From Trichlorobacter lovleyi SZ (GTDB lineage: Bacteria > Desulfobacterota > Desulfuromonadia > Geobacterales > Pseudopelobacteraceae), in assembly GCF_000020385.1 (NCBI RefSeq), contig NC_010814.1, positions 60,001 to 92,000 on the forward strand: a stretch of 32,000 nucleotides of DNA, given 5' to 3'. Position numbers and translations under genes: made by a program. The notes beneath the pieces are model-generated. The model made no database searches and was not told the origin of the DNA. It worked only from the letters and a program-made list of their open reading frames with translations. The number at the start of each line of letters is the position of its first letter. The stretch's first letter is position 1. This document shows positions 24,641-32,000 of this stretch, piece after piece.

Positions 24641-25255
24641 ATGGTTACTACCCAGTTTCTGCTCACCTCTTTGATCGTTGCCCTGGTGCCCGGCACCGGG
24701 GTGATCTTCACCGTATCAACCGGCCTGATGCAGGGACGCAGGGCAGCGCTCTTTGCCGCCCTGGGTTGCACTGTTGGGATCATCCCGCACCTGCTGGCCA
24801 CCATCCTTGGCCTGGCAGCCCTGATGCACACCAGCGCCCTGGCCTTTCAGACCCTCAAGTACGCCGGGGTGGCCTATCTGCTCTACCTGGCCTATGCCAC
24901 CTGGCAGGATACCAGCACCTTCCAGCTGGATACCAGCTCCTCCCGCAGCACCGCCCGCGGCCTGATGCTCAAGGCCGTGCTGCTCAACCTGCTCAACCCC
25001 AAGCTGACCATCTTCTTTCTGGCCTTTTTGCCCCAGTTCATCAGCCCCACCACAGCCAGCCCGCTGACGCAGATGCTCCTGCTGTCCGGCCTGTTCATGG
25101 CCATGACCCTGGTGGTGTTTGTTGCCTACGGTCTGCTGGCCCACACCTTCCGCACCAGGGTAATCGCCTCGGAGCGGGTACAGACCTGGCTGCGCCGCAG
25201 CTTTGCTGCTGCCTTTGCTGCCTTGGGGATCAGGCTGGCCTGCTCGGAGCGATAA
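24641..25255 (+). CDS. LysE-family amino-acid translocator
   Basis: 204 aa. N-terminal ...PGTGVIFTVSTGL.... pattern and LNP.. motifs, with 6 TM segments. AGGAGA RBS. Confidence 0.88.
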   Translation: MVTTQFLLTSLIVALVPGTGVIFTVSTGLMQGRRAALFAALGCTVGIIPHLLATILGLAALMHTSALAFQTLKYAGVAYLLYLAYATWQDTSTFQLDTSSSRSTARGLMLKAVLLNLLNPKLTIFFLAFLPQFISPTTASPLTQMLLLSGLFMAMTLVVFVAYGLLAHTFRTRVIASERVQTWLRRSFAAAFAALGIRLACSER

Positions 25256-25389
25256 AACGGTGGATGGCAGTGGCCGGTCAAGGGCCGGCTGCAACAGTCG
25301 GCAGGATTGACTTGAAGGAGTTTCTAGATGGCGTCAGCGGTAAATAGTGACCGTCAAACTTCAAGGACTGTCGGCATTGTTTGCAGGCG

Positions 25390-25854
25390 CTAGCGCCGTG
25401 CCTTGCCGCAGATGGTATCGATACTAATCTTAAAGACCCTGGTCCTGGCTGCATCGCTGGCAATATACTGCAGTCCTTTTTCACGATACTCAGGGCAGTA
25501 TTTGTCCGTCAGCCCTTCCAGGCCGCGCTGTTTCTCTGCATCAAGCGCCTCGTTGACCCGGCCGGAGACAATCACGCTTTCATAGCGGGTGGAGAACTTT
25601 TCCGGCACCACCTCCGTGGCACCCACCACACAGAATGAGGCCTGGTTGTTATCTGCCAGCAGAGCCAGCTTGCGTCCTTCCAGGGCACAGTGGAAGTAGA
25701 TCGCATTATCCAGCACGCAGTAACTGAGCGGCAGACCGTACGGTTCGCCATCAGCGCCACAGAGGGAAAGCACGCCGTACTCCCCCTGCTGAAGCAGTGC
25801 CCTGGCCTCTGTTTCAGCGATCCCCCGGTCTTTTCGACGTAATTCGTGTTGCAT
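25390..25854 (-). CDS. Pyridoxamine 5'-phosphate oxidase-family (NimA-like) flavoprotein
   Basis: 154 aa. MQHELRRKDR....E....LL..GEYGVLSL....GEPYGLPLSY......IYFH.A.EG.K pattern. Confidence 0.8.
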   Translation of the reverse strand: MQHELRRKDRGIAETEARALLQQGEYGVLSLCGADGEPYGLPLSYCVLDNAIYFHCALEGRKLALLADNNQASFCVVGATEVVPEKFSTRYESVIVSGRVNEALDAEKQRGLEGLTDKYCPEYREKGLQYIASDAARTRVFKISIDTICGKARR

Positions 25855-25930
25855 GGGATATCTCCCTGTCTCCCGCCATCAAAGGCCTCTCATACCTGTG
25901 GCTGTCCGGCAGAGCGGCAGTACCGTCAGG

Positions 25931-27439
25931 TCAGCGTCTTCCGCCAAACAGGCTGCCCAGTACGCCACGGATTATTGAACGACCGATCTGGCTGCCCATG
26001 GCGCGGGCCGCTGATTTTGTCAGGGCTTCAACCGCGCTTTCGCGTCCTCTGCTGTGGCCACTGCCGCCACCCAGCATATCTGCCAGCACACCGCCCAGGC
26101 CGCTGCTGCCGGAAGACGACGCAGCACCTGTCTGCGTCTGTGTATCAACTGCGTCGGCTGACTGTTTGGCTCGGGCCTTGAGGATTTCATAGGCTGATTC
26201 ACGATCAACGAGTGTATCGTAGGCACCGGCAACAAGCGACGTCTGGAGTAACCGGCTGCGCTGGTCAGCGCTGATCGGGCCGATCTGCCCCCGGGGCGGC
26301 ACCATGTAGGCACGCTCCACCACACCCGGGCGCCCTTTTTCATCAAGGCAGGAAACCAGCGCTTCTCCCACCCCCAGTTCAGTGATTACTGCAGCTTCAT
26401 CCAGGGCCGGATTGTCGCGCATGGTTTCAGCGGCAGCCTTGACCCCTTTCTGGTCGCGCACCGAGAAGGCGCGTAAGGCATGCTGGATCCGGTTGCCAAG
26501 CTGTGACAGGATTTTATCCGGCACATCAGCCGGATTCTGGGTAACAAAATAGACTCCCACCCCTTTTGAGCGGATCAACCGCACGACCTGCTCGATTTTT
26601 TCCACCAGTACCGGCGGGGCATCGCTAAACAGCAAGTGGGCTTCGTCAAAAAAGAAGACCAGCTTCGGTTTGTCAAGGTCGCCGACTTCGGGCAGATTTT
26701 CAAACAACTCAGACAGCAGCCAGAGCAACAGCGTGGCGTAAAGTTTTGGCGACTGCATCAGCTTTTCAGATGAAAGGATGTTGATGACCCCAAGCCCGCG
26801 GTCAGTCTGGAGCAGATCGGCACTATTAAGCATCGGTTCGCCGAAGATCTGCTCACCGCCTTGTGCCTCCAGGGTCAGCAGGCCGCGCTGGATGGCGCCG
26901 ATTGAGGCCGTTGATACATTGCCGTAGTCGGTGGTGAACTGTTTGGCGTTTTCACCGACAAAAGCGAGCATGGCCCGCAGATCCTTCAGGTCCAACAGTA
27001 ACAGGCCATTGTCGTCAGCCACCTTGAACACCAGGTTCAGGACGCCGCTCTGGGTTTCGTTGAGATCGAGCATACGCCCAAGCAGAAGTGGTCCCATGTC
27101 AGAGATGGTGGCCCGCACCGGATGACCATTTAAGCCGAACGGGTCCCACAGGGTAACCGGGTAGCCCTGGTGGGCAAACCCTTCAAGCTTCAAGGCCTTG
27201 ACCCGCTCGGTAACCTTGGCATTGCCGCCGCCGGGCTGTGATACGCCCGCAAGGTCACCCTTCACATCCGCCATGAAACAGGGCACGCCGAGGCTGGAGA
27301 AATGCTCGGCAAGCATCTGCAGGGTAACCGTTTTGCCGGTGCCGGTGGCGCCGGTGATCAGGCCGTGGCGGTTGGCCATCTGCGGCAGCAGCAGGATATC
27401 TGTGGTGCTGTTTTTGGCAATGAGAAGAGGTTCGGTCAT
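25931..27439 (-). CDS. HerA-like DUF853 (YjgR-type) P-loop NTPase
   Basis: Walker A GATGTGKT and Walker [12 protein letters not shown]. Gly/Ser-rich C-terminal tail typical of DUF853 proteins. Confidence 0.85.
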   Translation of the reverse strand: MTEPLLIAKNSTTDILLLPQMANRHGLITGATGTGKTVTLQMLAEHFSSLGVPCFMADVKGDLAGVSQPGGGNAKVTERVKALKLEGFAHQGYPVTLWDPFGLNGHPVRATISDMGPLLLGRMLDLNETQSGVLNLVFKVADDNGLLLLDLKDLRAMLAFVGENAKQFTTDYGNVSTASIGAIQRGLLTLEAQGGEQIFGEPMLNSADLLQTDRGLGVINILSSEKLMQSPKLYATLLLWLLSELFENLPEVGDLDKPKLVFFFDEAHLLFSDAPPVLVEKIEQVVRLIRSKGVGVYFVTQNPADVPDKILSQLGNRIQHALRAFSVRDQKGVKAAAETMRDNPALDEAAVITELGVGEALVSCLDEKGRPGVVERAYMVPPRGQIGPISADQRSRLLQTSLVAGAYDTLVDRESAYEILKARAKQSADAVDTQTQTGAASSSGSSGLGGVLADMLGGGSGHSRGRESAVEALTKSAARAMGSQIGRSIIRGVLGSLFGGRR

Positions 27440-27449
27440 GGCAGCTCCC

Positions 27450-27740
27450 TTATAGTTTCAGAAACCAGGCATATTCAGGGCCGGTCCGGTTCGGTTCAAA
27501 CTCGGTCACTTCGTAGCTGGCAACCCCATGCTGGTTGAACGGGTCCTCCAGCAGTATTTCTGCAAGCTGTTCCTTGCTTACGCCGGTGGCCAGGATGATT
27601 CCGCCGGTGCGGGGTACCTTGCGGCCCGAGGCGATGAAGGTGCCCTGGCTAAAGTAGCGGTCAAGAAAGGCAAGATGGGCTGGCAGGTGATGATCCACCA
27701 CCTCCAGCTGCTGTTGGTAGGTTACGGATACGATGAACAT
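27450..27740 (-). CDS. YciI-family protein
   Basis: 96 aa from MFIVSVTY (27740, GGGAG upstream), with H..H..FL......G.....G pattern. The track's 22-codon N-terminal extension is unsupported. Confidence 0.75.
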   Translation of the reverse strand: MFIVSVTYQQQLEVVDHHLPAHLAFLDRYFSQGTFIASGRKVPRTGGIILATGVSKEQLAEILLEDPFNQHGVASYEVTEFEPNRTGPEYAWFLKL

Positions 27741-27812
27741 GGCTGACTCCCTGGCGCCTGGTGTTGTTTTTATGCTTGGCGCTGGCAAGTATAGCCGATC
27801 TGGCAAAAATGG

Positions 27813-28574
27813 CTAGTTACTGCTGTGGTGCAGCAGCTCCGCCTGCAGGGCAGCTCCCAGGGCACCGACAATGGAGGGGTGGTCAGGCACCAGTACCGGT
27901 ACCCCTAGTTCCTGTGCAAGCAGGCTCACCATAATCGGGCTGTTGGCAACCCCGCCGCTAAAGACCAGATGATCGCCATACCCCACCTTGCGGACCATGG
28001 TGGCCAAGCGGTTGGCAACGGCCAGATGCACGGCCCTGGCGATCTCGGCCGGCGGCATGCCGCTGTTTTTCAGGGAGACCACCTCTGATTCCGCAAAGAC
28101 CGCGCACATGCTGTTGATCGGCGTGGCATGGTCGATGCTGGCCGCAGCAGCGCCAAACTCGGCCATGGTGTAGCCCAGCGACACCGCCATCATCTCCAGA
28201 AAACGGCCGGTGCCGGCCGCGCACTTGTCATTCATCTGGAAATTCTGGACCTTGCCCTCTGCGGTCAGGCTGATCACCTTGGAATCCTGTCCCCCCACAT
28301 CCAGAATGGTGCGGCATTGGGGAAAGAAATAGCGGGCTCCCATGGCATGGGCCTTTATCTCGGTGATGACATCCACCTCGGCATGTTGTTGCACCAGGTG
28401 GCGGCCATAGCCGGTGGCAACAGCCCTGACCGGTGCATGCTGCTCCAGAAAGGCCAGCGCCTGTCGGTGCGGTTCAAAGCTGCTTTCCACCACGGTATGA
28501 AAACTGATGGCGCCCTGTGTGAGCGCCACCAGTTTGATGGTACGTGATCCCAGATCAATCCCTACTTTCACCAC
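27813..28574 (-). CDS. Acyl-CoA dehydratase activase / BcrAD-BadFG-type ATPase
   Basis: VGIDLGSRTIK, DVGGQDSK and KCAAGTGRFLE motifs. The GTG start is coupled to the upstream stop (TAA-AT-GTG). Confidence 0.9.
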   Translation of the reverse strand: MVKVGIDLGSRTIKLVALTQGAISFHTVVESSFEPHRQALAFLEQHAPVRAVATGYGRHLVQQHAEVDVITEIKAHAMGARYFFPQCRTILDVGGQDSKVISLTAEGKVQNFQMNDKCAAGTGRFLEMMAVSLGYTMAEFGAAAASIDHATPINSMCAVFAESEVVSLKNSGMPPAEIARAVHLAVANRLATMVRKVGYGDHLVFSGGVANSPIMVSLLAQELGVPVLVPDHPSIVGALGAALQAELLHHSSN

Positions 28575-28576
28575 AT

Positions 28577-29866
28577 TTACCCCTTGATCTGCTCGATAAA
28601 TGCCTCAACACGGGTCTTGAGCTGGCCCACATCATCGGGCGAATAATCAGACTCAATCGCCATGAACGGGATGCCCCGCTCTTCGCAGGCCTTACGCAGC
28701 TTGACCGCCTCAATGTTGTAGGTGTGGCAGAACTGCAGGCAGTAGTCGATGATCCCCTCTGCGCCGGATTCTTCGTACTCCTTCAGCACCTGATCGATCC
28801 GCTCGGTGTTGGGGGTAAAGCAGGAACAGTCGATCTTCATGTAGCGCTCGGTCAGGCGTTCCAGCTGCTGCTCCAGCGTGGTGGAACTTTCATCGATCAG
28901 ATCCTTGTAGTAACGGGTGCCGATACAGCTCTCCTCGTTCACCACAATCCCGCCAGAGGTCTCGATGATGTTGTGCAGCTTCCAGTTGGGCAGCGCCATC
29001 GGCGTGCCGGAAACCATGATGCGTGGCGTTGTAGCCGGTGCAACAGCGACCCCCTGCTTGATCCGCTCCTCCAGCTCATCACAGAGTGCATTGACGTTTT
29101 CCACAAAGCGGTTCGGCTCGTCATAAAAGGCGATCTGCTCGATCAACAGCATATCCTTGCCGCTGATCGGGGACGGGGTGTGGTGGCGCAGGTTGTTCAG
29201 GCGCTGCAACGCCCTGCGTTTGGCATTGATGGTCACAATCGCCTGGGAAAGCTCGTCAAAGCCGGTTTCCGTGCCGGTGATCTTGTCCACCGCCACCTTG
29301 AACTCCTTGACCTCATCCAGCCAGAGCGCCTTGTCCTTGTCCCGCTTCATCTGCGGGATCTCCATCACATGGGTCGGCACATACTCGTCCAGCAGCTCCC
29401 AGGTCTTTTTCTTGGCATCGCAGGTGGTCTCGCCATAGACAAAATCCACGGCCTGGAAATAGGGGCAGATCTTGCCCACCTTGAAGCCAAAGGCAGACTT
29501 GACCATCGGGCAGATATTGCGGGGCAGCACCTTTTCCGCATCGGCAATCGAGCCCTGGGCGCCGCCGCACAGGCCGACACAGACACCACCGGCTGCCACC
29601 ACCACCTCTTCCGGGATATAGACACAGAAGGTGCCGATCACCGGCTTGCCAGCCTCTTTGGCCTCCATCAGCTCATGGATGCGGCCGGTGTGGATGTTCT
29701 CCACCATGCCGTCAAAATAGGCCATTCTGTCCGGACGGTTCTGTTGTGCCAGGAAGATGTTGGTATAGGCCTGGGTCAGCATGGCCGGCATGCCGGTAAA
29801 GCGGGCCACGTCCATGCCCAGTTTTTCCCACAGCTGCGGATCGGATTTCACCTCAAAAGCGCTCAT
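28577..29866 (-). CDS. 2-hydroxyacyl-CoA dehydratase-family / double-cubane-cluster-type anaerobic reductase
   Basis: 429 aa with multiple conserved Cys (FCVYIPEE, CGG, CPMVKS, TCDAKKK, CxG) and immediate pairing with an activase ATPase. GAGGGAGA RBS. Confidence 0.8.
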   Translation of the reverse strand: MSAFEVKSDPQLWEKLGMDVARFTGMPAMLTQAYTNIFLAQQNRPDRMAYFDGMVENIHTGRIHELMEAKEAGKPVIGTFCVYIPEEVVVAAGGVCVGLCGGAQGSIADAEKVLPRNICPMVKSAFGFKVGKICPYFQAVDFVYGETTCDAKKKTWELLDEYVPTHVMEIPQMKRDKDKALWLDEVKEFKVAVDKITGTETGFDELSQAIVTINAKRRALQRLNNLRHHTPSPISGKDMLLIEQIAFYDEPNRFVENVNALCDELEERIKQGVAVAPATTPRIMVSGTPMALPNWKLHNIIETSGGIVVNEESCIGTRYYKDLIDESSTTLEQQLERLTERYMKIDCSCFTPNTERIDQVLKEYEESGAEGIIDYCLQFCHTYNIEAVKLRKACEERGIPFMAIESDYSPDDVGQLKTRVEAFIEQIKG

Positions 29867-29986
29867 GAACGGTTCTCCCTCAATTGAAATAATGGAGACC
29901 GAACATAAAAGTGGGTGGAGGGGAAGTCAAACAGGTAATATCGATAATGGCGGACGAGAGTATTTGATAAATGGATAGCAAGAAGA

Positions 29987-30062
29987 GGGTAACGGGGTGC
30001 CCGGTTGACCTGCCGGGGGCGGTCTTTATGCCCCCGGTCACGGTCTGACCGGCTTGTTGGGA
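29987..30062 (-). repeat. 76-bp attC/59-be-like imperfect palindrome (element E) downstream of the 290-aa gene
   Basis: The minus strand reads TCCCAAC-aagccggtcagaccgtga-CCGGGGGC-ataaagacc-GCCCCCGG-caggtcaaccgggcaCCCCGTTACCC. The perfect 8-bp inner stem is 30013-30020/30030-30037, and the outer GACCGG/CCGGT(T)GACC pairing has bulges. Confidence 0.55.
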
Positions 30063-30118
30063 TGTCTCTTAAGTTCCATTTTCAAGGTCTGCCCCCTCAT
30101 CTTGTTCTTCCAAGAGAG

Positions 30119-30991
30119 TTAACAATCAGTTACGACATGTTCTTGTATTTCCTCAATTGCATTTCTTGGGTTGTAAATTTCCGAATTAAATGGCCATAGA
30201 GGGTGCATCAGGGGAAATCTTGATATGTTGATTTGGGAAGGGTAGGAAGCACTTCTGAATGAAAGGTGGTTGTCGTACTGAGCTGACAAATAGTATCCTT
30301 CGTGCCCTTTCATCGCAGCAGCCTGGATATTCCCACCGACAAGTAAGTTTTGAGGATCCTCGATTTCTCTTCTTATTGCTCTTACACAAGCAATTTCCAA
30401 TGCAGTCTCGATCGGCATTCGTGGCTTACAAATCAATAACTTATTAACCTCACATAGAATAATACCCTTTATTTCGTTTTTTCTATCGCCAATAACTCCG
30501 AAATAGACACCGTGTTCATTCGGAACTTCCTCTAACGGGTATACTTCTCTAGGAGTTCCAATTTTTTCAAAAATCCTGGTTCGTCCTGAGTCATCTGCAA
30601 GCATAAATAAGTATTCAATTTCTTTGTCATAAGCAGTCCGCCAGAAGTTGTCTATAGTTTCGTCTATTATTTCGATCAGTTGATCAAATTTTGCTCCACC
30701 AAGCAATCCGATTATGACAGCTTCTAAATGTATTATGCTTTGAAGTCCAAGGGAGACTGCTCCTGCAACAGATGCAACAATGTCTCGGCGACCTCGTTTT
30801 CTATCCGACTTCATGACGTGCAGTTTGATTCCAAAATCATTTTGATGACATATTTCTGTATCTGATGGGATGTTGACAAAACCATTCTCGACATTCTTAT
30901 TCCTCACTACTGTCAGTCTTGAATCTGAGAGTGCCATGGCTTGATCATATGCTTCTCTATTAAAATGTCTGTATGAAATACAAAGCGTCAT
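30119..30991 (-). CDS. Hypothetical protein, possibly an HslV/proteasome-beta-like Ntn hydrolase (by-eye similarity only)
   Basis: 290 aa, about 40% GC. MTLCISYRH...AMALSDSRLT...IVASVAGAVSLGL...YLFMLADDSGRTRIF...VYFGVIGDRKNEIKG...EDPQNLLVGGNIQAAAM loosely parallels blocks of E. coli HslV and 20S beta subunits recalled from memory. The SD is weak. Confidence 0.6.
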   Translation of the reverse strand: MTLCISYRHFNREAYDQAMALSDSRLTVVRNKNVENGFVNIPSDTEICHQNDFGIKLHVMKSDRKRGRRDIVASVAGAVSLGLQSIIHLEAVIIGLLGGAKFDQLIEIIDETIDNFWRTAYDKEIEYLFMLADDSGRTRIFEKIGTPREVYPLEEVPNEHGVYFGVIGDRKNEIKGIILCEVNKLLICKPRMPIETALEIACVRAIRREIEDPQNLLVGGNIQAAAMKGHEGYYLSAQYDNHLSFRSASYPSQINISRFPLMHPLWPFNSEIYNPRNAIEEIQEHVVTDC

Positions 30992-31014
30992 AGTATTGTC
31001 GAGTTCCCTGAAGT

Positions 31015-31087
31015 GACCAACTAGTTATTGACCGGTTAACGCGCGCACGCGCGTGAACCGGTGATCTACCCAAATGGAATGTTTATC
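31015..31087. repeat. Conserved junction repeat, copy 2 (imperfect 34-bp GC palindrome)
   Basis: GACCAAC-tagttatt-GACCGGTTAACGCGCGCACGCGCGTGAACCGGTG-atctaCCCAAATGGAATGTTTATC. It aligns along its length with 10112-10180, with one 4-nt indel and a few substitutions. It lies between the Fic stop and the 290-aa gene start. Confidence 0.85.
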
Positions 31088-31104
31088 AATTGCGCCAGCC
31101 AGTG

Positions 31105-32000
31105 CTACCCAAGGCTTGCCTCAACTCCCTCGGGATACAGGCGCGGAAAATAATATCCTGCCAGCTCTGCTGGAAAACCAAGCCTGACCGGGCCTTTTTC
31201 AGAATCTGAAACCAGATAGCCTTTGCCTACAAGCGCGCTGATCACCCGGCGGGCCGAGCGTTCCGGCATGCCGATAATTTTGGGTATTTCTCCCCGTGGC
31301 AGTTCTCCCCGCAGGAAGATATCCCGCAGCAGATGACCGGCTTCTGGCTTCAGTTCACCCAGCAAAACCTGACGGTCAACCACCGCCTGTATCCGTTGCT
31401 GCATGCCATCCAGCTCCAGCAGGCCTGCCATAAAATCAATCTGGTCAATGGCGGTTTTTAGAAAGAAGCTGCAGAATGCCAACAGACCGGCTTGGGTCAG
31501 GTTTCCCCGGCCATCCAGATCACCCCGCCGGGGCTGATCAGCCCCGGCCAGGGCCGTAAGGTATGCCTCGCGATTTCTGGCAAATCCCCGGGAGACAGTC
31601 CATAAGCCATGCCCGTCCAGTCCGGCCTTTTTCAGGTAGGCATGGGTCATCAGACGGGTAACACGGCCGTTGCCATCAAGAAACGGGTGGATCCAGGCGA
31701 GGCGATGATGTGAGGCTGCCACGGCAATAACCTGTTGCTGGCTGTTGAGTATGCCGGGGTTGTAGACCTCTTCAAATCTTTGCATAAATGCGGACAGGCA
31801 GGCCGATTTGGGCGGCAGATGCCGTCCTACCTTAACCTCAGAGGTCCTGAGTAGGCCGGGAATCACTCGTTCTACGTTTCCGTCGGCATGCTGGACAACG
31901 CGGAACTCTTCCGGCATCCGTTCATAAAACTCGCTATGTATCCAGCAGAGAAAGTCCTTCGCAGTAATGATGGTTTCCGGGGCGGCCTCAAGCCGGGCTT
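31105..32000 (-). CDS. Fic-family protein (N-terminus beyond the window end)
   Basis: HPFLDGNGRVTR Fic motif and a C-terminal winged-helix-like tail. My translation upstream of the track's Met stays open to position 32000 (...APETIITAKDFLCWIHSEFYERMPEEFR), so the gene is 5'-truncated by the window. Confidence 0.88.
   Translation of the reverse strand, partial: ARLEAAPETIITAKDFLCWIHSEFYERMPEEFRVVQHADGNVERVIPGLLRTSEVKVGRHLPPKSACLSAFMQRFEEVYNPGILNSQQQVIAVAASHHRLAWIHPFLDGNGRVTRLMTHAYLKKAGLDGHGLWTVSRGFARNREAYLTALAGADQPRRGDLDGRGNLTQAGLLAFCSFFLKTAIDQIDFMAGLLELDGMQQRIQAVVDRQVLLGELKPEAGHLLRDIFLRGELPRGEIPKIIGMPERSARRVISALVGKGYLVSDSEKGPVRLGFPAELAGYYFPRLYPEGVEASLG

Noticed and set aside
24716-25347. 192-aa (-) and 193-aa (+) ORFs overlapping the LysE gene
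   Set aside because: These are Gly/Gln/Pro/Ala low-complexity translations. The + strand frame 24641-25255 gives a clean LysE-type membrane protein with an RBS.
25271-25370. Hairpins between the convergent LysE and PNPOx-like genes as a possible sRNA
   Set aside because: The stems are short (GCCGG/CCGGC; CTTGAAG/CTTCAAG) with no U-run. The position between convergent genes is adequately explained by weak bidirectional termination.
28544-29887. 447-aa + strand ORF
   Set aside because: It is antisense to the double-cubane-type reductase gene, with low-complexity composition and no motifs. It is a GC-rich shadow ORF.

Overview
GC-rich (about 60% by eye) bacterial chromosomal segment. Gene content suggests a Geobacter/Desulfuromonadales-type deltaproteobacterium, but that is a guess. 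I support about 40 CDS, mostly on the minus strand, and recognised no rRNA, tRNA or CRISPR array. Ordinary genes include tag, a class-III aminotransferase / transglutaminase-like / TldD / PmbA run, an MFS transporter and a stand-alone AICAR formyltransferase. Others are an orphan histidine kinase, TauE-DUF1634, a cyclase-family lipoprotein, DUF2461 and the rsgA-GNAT-LOG-methyltransferase-LysE operon. The window also holds a HerA-like DUF853 ATPase and a double-cubane-type reductase with its activase. Three visibly AT-rich single-gene insertions interrupt this backbone. They are an AbiGi-like gene (2105-2902), a TIR protein fused to an RsiV/DUF3298-like domain (8932-10086), and a 290-aa protein that by eye resembles an HslV/proteasome-beta Ntn hydrolase (30119-30991). 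Each lies next to a toxin-antitoxin or Fic gene (hicAB, DUF6364-PIN, Fic). Each is also bracketed the same way on its coding strand: a GTTGRNN box upstream, the complementary NNYCAAC box just after the stop, then a 58-76 bp imperfect palindrome ending CCCCGTTA. This is the layout of integron gene cassettes with attC (59-base-element) sites, although no integrase is in the window. Two of the upstream junctions carry a conserved repeat of about 70 bp built around a 34-bp GC palindrome. A further oddity is that the PmbA-like ORF has no stop codon and runs in frame into a Shine-Dalgarno-preceded, signal-peptide-bearing Cys-rich module. All family assignments come from motif recognition by eye; no searches were run.
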